A DNA stretch of 64,000 nt, from the NCBI GenBank assembly GCA_964016885.1, contig CAXHJY010001745.1, positions 1-64,000 of the forward strand, given 5' to 3'. The notes beneath the pieces are model-generated. The model made no database searches and was not told where the DNA came from. It worked only from the letters and a program-made list of their open reading frames with translations. Below, piece after piece: positions 59,341 through 64,000 of this stretch. Made by a program: the position numbers and the translations under genes. Source of the stretch: Eledone cirrhosa (taxonomy: Eukaryota). Numbering within the stretch: the first letter of the stretch is position 1; every line of letters starts with the position of its first letter.

Positions 59341-59944
59341 AATGTGTTTTCACATACAACAGCGAAGTTTTCTGTTGTATTTTGTGCCCGACACGGTGCC
59401 TCGTGACAGACTGGTGTCTCACCCAAAGAAGAGTTTCTACTCTGAGTCCATAAACGCAATATGAAATAAACGGGCCAAGGCTCGGAAAAGACTAACTTTT
59501 AGCTTTATTTTGTACAAAAACCTCGAAGTTAAGATGCACATATTTGGTCTTATTTCAGGTTTCAGGTTTATCTAAAGCGGGGAGAGAAACCGTCCATGAT
59601 ATTTTCAGGAATGATTAGGTAAGAAAGAGTGATTTCAGGACAAACGCGTTGTTACGAACCAATCCTATCCTTTATGTAAGAAATTATTATAAAAATGAAT
59701 ACACACCTGAGCGTTATTCAATGAGCCTGCCATGTGACGTGTGATATACGCTGGCAAATTTTATTTCTTCATATTTACAACAAAAGAACACAGTCACACC
59801 CACCTGCGCAGACACACACACATATTTCAATGTTCATAATCAGTAATATGTATTGATTTCTAATTTAGGCACAAGGCCAGCGATTATCGGGGAAGGACAA
59901 AGTTGATTAAATCAACCCCAGTATTTGACTGGTTGTTGCGTTCA

Positions 59945-60207
59945 CCCTCAGTTCACCCTTCTTCGGCAGGTTGATGATCTTTTCCTTCCACTGAGTCGGG
60001 ACATCTTCCATCTCCCAGATCTTACTGAAAGGTTGGGGTTAGGGTTAGGCTGTTTCTATGTCTGCTTTGATGGCTTCTGCTGGTATTTCGTCCGGCCGTA
60101 CAGCTTTTCCATCTTTCAGTGTCAGGATGGCTTTCTTGATCTCTACCTTTGAGGGTTTGTCACAGTTGATGGGTAGTTGAGTCTCTGCTGGTGAAATATC
60201 TGGTGTT
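59945..60207 (-). pseudogene. RTE-clade ORF2 internal fragment (pre-RT region)
   Basis: LPINCDKPSKVEIKKAILTLKDGKAVRPDEIPAEAIKADIETA...FSKIWEMEDVPTQWKEKIINLPKKGEL. Confidence 0.85.
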
Positions 60208-60849
60208 CACAACACACAAAAACAACATGGTGTCGGACAGAACAAAGCAGAGACACAAAATAACAAATTAGTCACTGAGGAGGCCACAGAATGTGTAACG
60301 AAAGAGCTTTGACAATAAACAAACAACCATTTGGTTATTAAACCAACCAACAGGAAATTTGTAATAAATTGAAGTGAAAACCAACAGGTGCGTGTGTTTT
60401 TATTAGGAAGATGTTCCGAAGAAGAAGGGCTGTTCGTAGTGATTAATGCGACACCTGTGGAGTTGGAGACAATATGGATGGTGAGAGGAGGAGGGAAGAG
60501 TGATTGGAGGAGGGAAGAGTGAGACGAGTGCGCCTGCATGAAGGCGGTATGAGGTCAGCCAGATAACGGTTGGTGTTGTCATTAAACTATGTGTCGGTTG
60601 GTAATGTTTGGTAATGTTTAGTTTATGTCTTTCTGTGATATTTTATGGTGTGTGCGGGAGTGTGTGTGTGGGGGGGGGCTTGTGTGATTTGCTCCAGTTT
60701 CGGGAGAAATGGTAGTGCTGATGGGACACACAAGATGTTCTTGAATGCAATAATTCTTTCAGGTCTTATGCGCTTAAGTTATCTGGTTTTAATTTTGCCG
60801 ATCCTTGAAAATTTTAAGTTTTTAGGTTTCCCTATTGATTTCTGGTCAG

Positions 60850-61120
60850 TGGAGGCACGTGACTGAGTGATCATAATATCGTGGCTTCGATTCCTGGATT
60901 TTGTGTTGTGTTCTTGAGCAAAACAATTCATTTCACGTTGCTCCAGTAAACTCAGCTGAATATGAATACCAGCAATATCTGTAGGTTTAACCCTGCGATG
61001 GACTGGCGTCCTGTCCGGTCCAGTCCATGGGGGAGTCTTGTATTCTCAGTTACTTAACGCCACAAAAAAACAGGATAAACACTGGCCTGGTGAGTCTCCG
61101 AGTTCGAAACAGACTTTAGA
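60850..61120 (+). mobile_element. SINE family 2
   Basis: gtggaggcacgtgactgagtg...ttcgattcc...ttcttgagcaaaaca...cctgcgatggactggcgtcc. Confidence 0.75.
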
Positions 61121-61483
61121 CATTTTAATATATGTTTTCCTTCTTCTAGAGTGATGTCCTCGGACACCAAACTGTTTCCATGTCCCCGCGACTCCATGAC
61201 AGCCAACGATGTTGACCTGTCCTTCATTTTGGGAACCTGTCACCTTTGTTCAGAGAGTGGGATTGGTCCATGTAAGGCCTTTCTTCATTTAGAAGAAGCT
61301 TCAAGTTCAGTCGTCACTTAATCTAAACAACTTTCACATGTTTTGTGTGAGTATGGTTGTTTCTTTCACTGCAGCTTATGCAGAAAGGAATCCCTGGCAT
61401 TGCTAAAAAGTCGTTTTCCTGCCACCAAAATATGAGTAAAAGGTCAAGAGATGGAAATTCTTAAAACCGAGATGCAGCCATTA

Positions 61484-61501
61484 TATGTATGTATGTATGA
61501 A

Positions 61502-61532
<31 letters not shown>

Positions 61533-61756
61533 ATGTATGTATGTGTATGTATGTATATGTGTGTGTATGTATGTATATGTGTGTGTATGTATATGTGTGT
61601 GTATGTGTGTGTATGTGTATGTATGTATGTGTATGTATGTGTATGCGTGTGTGTATGTGTATGTATATGTGTGTGTGTGTATGTATGTGTGTGCGTGTGT
61701 ATGTATGTGTGTGCGTGTGTGCATGTATGTGCGTGTATGTGTGTGTGTATGTGTGT
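61484..61756. repeat. (TG/TATG)n microsatellite
   Basis: Direct observation. Confidence 0.93.
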
Positions 61757-61834
61757 AGTGTATAACGATGAAGTATACATGAGAACACAAGAAAATAAAT
61801 TCAGTTAATTGCTGGATCTTGTGATGTGAGGCTG

Positions 61835-62057
61835 TGTTGTGACATTAATGCCTCTCCCAACCGCACTGTTATGACATTAATGCCTCATCCAACTGTAGTG
61901 TTGTGACATTAATGCCTCTCCCAACCGCACTGTTGTGACATTAATGCCTCTCCCAATCGCACTGTTATGACATTAATGCCTCATCCAACTGTAGTGTTGT
62001 GACATTAATGCCTCTCCCAACTGTAGTGTTGTGACATTAATGCCTCTCAACTGTAGT
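61835..62057. repeat. 32-bp tandem repeat x7
   Basis: tgttgtgacattaatgcctctcccaaccgcac. Confidence 0.9.
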
Positions 62058-62534
62058 ATCAATGTTGTGGAATAGTTACGCCCAGAAATATAATTTTGGT
62101 TGTGTAAGTTTTGTCCCAACAGCCTGTCACACAACATCTATGTAGGTTACAGAACACACAATAGCTTTGATCTATCGATAATGTATACAATCTGACAGTT
62201 TTAAAAGCATAAAGTTAAGGCGGGCTCTGCTCCAAAACTTTTTTCTAATTCTATTGTATCTCGGTTATAATAGAGATAAACAACCATAACTTCAGGTGAT
62301 ATTTTCATAGTTTATCAAATAAGCTTAATGCACGTATTAATATATTACTAAAACTTCCACACATCAATAGTTCCATGCCTTGCCATTCATGATGGAGCCG
62401 TAGGGGTGCCATCGAAGCCTAGGTATAAACACAGCCGGTTCTTCAAGAGAAAGAGAGTCAGTGAGAAAGAGAAATAGAGGAAGAATTGACCCAGTACTAA
62501 ACTAAATCTAAAGTTTAAACTTTAGATTTATCTT

Positions 62535-62780
62535 GTGACCGAAGGCTCATCAGGTTGGCGTTTATCCCCATTTCCTTAGCGACTGAGAGTACAATACTCC
62601 CCCTGGACAGGACACCAGTCTATCGCATGGTTACTGCCCCCAGCTACTGTTGGTACTCATTTTCAGCTGAGTATATTGGAGCAACGTGAATCGAAGTGTT
62701 TTGTTCAAGAACACAACACACAACCCAGGTCATGACATTGTAATCCAACACACATACTACTAGACCACACACTTCCACTA
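62535..62780 (-). mobile_element. SINE family 2-related
   Basis: ggtactcattttcagctgagt...ggagcaacgtgaa...gttcaagaacacaac. Confidence 0.7.
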
Positions 62781-62849
62781 GTACTAACTGATATATCATT
62801 TACCTTGTCCCAAGAGGCTGAAAGCAAGGTTGCCTTCAACGGTATTTGG

Positions 62850-64000
62850 AATCAGACAGCCGGGACCCCACAAAACATTCTGTCAGACATTCTAATCACC
62901 CAGCCAAGAATCAGACAGCCGGGACCCCACAAAACATTCTGTCAGACATTCTAATCACCCAGCCAAGAATCAGACAGCCGGGACCCCACAAAACATTGTC
63001 AGACATTCTAATCACCCAGCCAAGAATCAGACAGCCGGGACCCCACAAAACATTCTGTCAGACATTCTAATCACCCAGCCAAGAATCAGACAGCCGGGAC
63101 ACCACAAAACATTCTGTCAGACATTCTAATCACCCAGCCAAGAATCAGACAGCCGGGACCCCACAAAACATTCTATCAGACATTCTAATCACCCAGCCAA
63201 GAATCAGACAGCCGGGACCCCACAAAACATTGTCAGACATTCTAATCACCCAGCCAAGAATCAGACAGCCGGGACCCCACAAAACATTCTGTCAGACATT
63301 CTAATCACCCAGCCAAGAATCAGACAGCCGGGACCCCACAAAACATTGTCAGACATTCTAATCACCCAGCCAAGAATCAGACAGCCGGGACCCCACAAAA
63401 CATTCTGTCAGACATTCTAATCACCCAGCCAAGAATCAGACAGCCGGGACCCCACAAAACATTCTGTCAGACATTCTAATCACCCAGCCAAGAATCAGAC
63501 AGCCGGGACCCCACAAAACATTGTCAGACATTGTAATCACCCAGCCAAGAATCAGACAGCCGGGACCCCACAAAACATTCTGTCAGACATTCTAATCACC
63601 CAGCCAAGAATCAGACAGCCGGGACCCCACAAAACATTCTGTCAGACATTCTAATCACCCAGCCAAGAATCAGACAGCCGGGACCCCACAAAACATTGTC
63701 AGACATTCTAATCACCCAGCCAAGAATCAGAGGGCCGGGACCCCACAAAACATTCTGTCAGACATTCTAATCACCCAGCCAAGAATCAGAGGGCCGGGAC
63801 CCCACAAAACATTCTGTCAGACATTCTAATCACCCAGCCAAGAATCAGACAGCCGGGACCCCACAAAACATTCTGTCAGACATTCTAATCACCCAGCCAA
63901 GAATCAGAGGGCCGGGACCCCACAAAACATTCTGTCAGACATTCTAATCACCCAGCCAAGAATCAGACAGCCGGGACCCCACAAAACATTCTGTCAGACA
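62850..64000. repeat. 59-bp (57-bp variant) satellite running off the window end
   Basis: aatcagacagccgggaccccacaaaacattctgtcagacattctaatcacccagccaag. Confidence 0.97.

Noticed and set aside
61085-61112. ctggtga...tcgaaac as a hammerhead
   Set aside because: Core mismatch, no stem I/III; it is the SINE family 2 tail (compare 9095-9120).
55705-64000. Regular arrays as CRISPR
   Set aside because: No unique spacers and no cas genes; eukaryotic satellites.

Overview
Repeat-saturated, AT-rich eukaryotic DNA with no confidently recognisable host gene. The SINE families and (TA)n density suggest a cephalopod such as Octopus (inference). Almost every YI/CV/LS/HT ORF in the track is a microsatellite artefact. 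Real content: (1) a near-intact full-length CR1-group LINE (- strand, ~18880-23550) inside a (TA)n tract. Its ORF1 (Myb-like + polyQ + 2 CCCH fingers) is broken only by a 10-bp duplication. Its ORF2 has no usable AUG but opens just upstream of an in-frame U_UUU_UUA slippery heptamer in ORF1, a candidate -1 programmed ribosomal frameshift. (2) Many Penelope-like element (PLE) remnants from several families: three GIY-YIG fragment types, about 20 hammerhead-ribozyme (HHR) motifs, and about 10 asymmetric 'hairpin + tail' inserts that sit in (TA)n tracts. (3) RTE, CRE-like, Helitron and hAT fragments and two tRNA-derived SINE families. (4) Several minisatellites or satellites that visibly arose from pieces of retroelements. 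All motif and family calls were made by eye; no searches were run.
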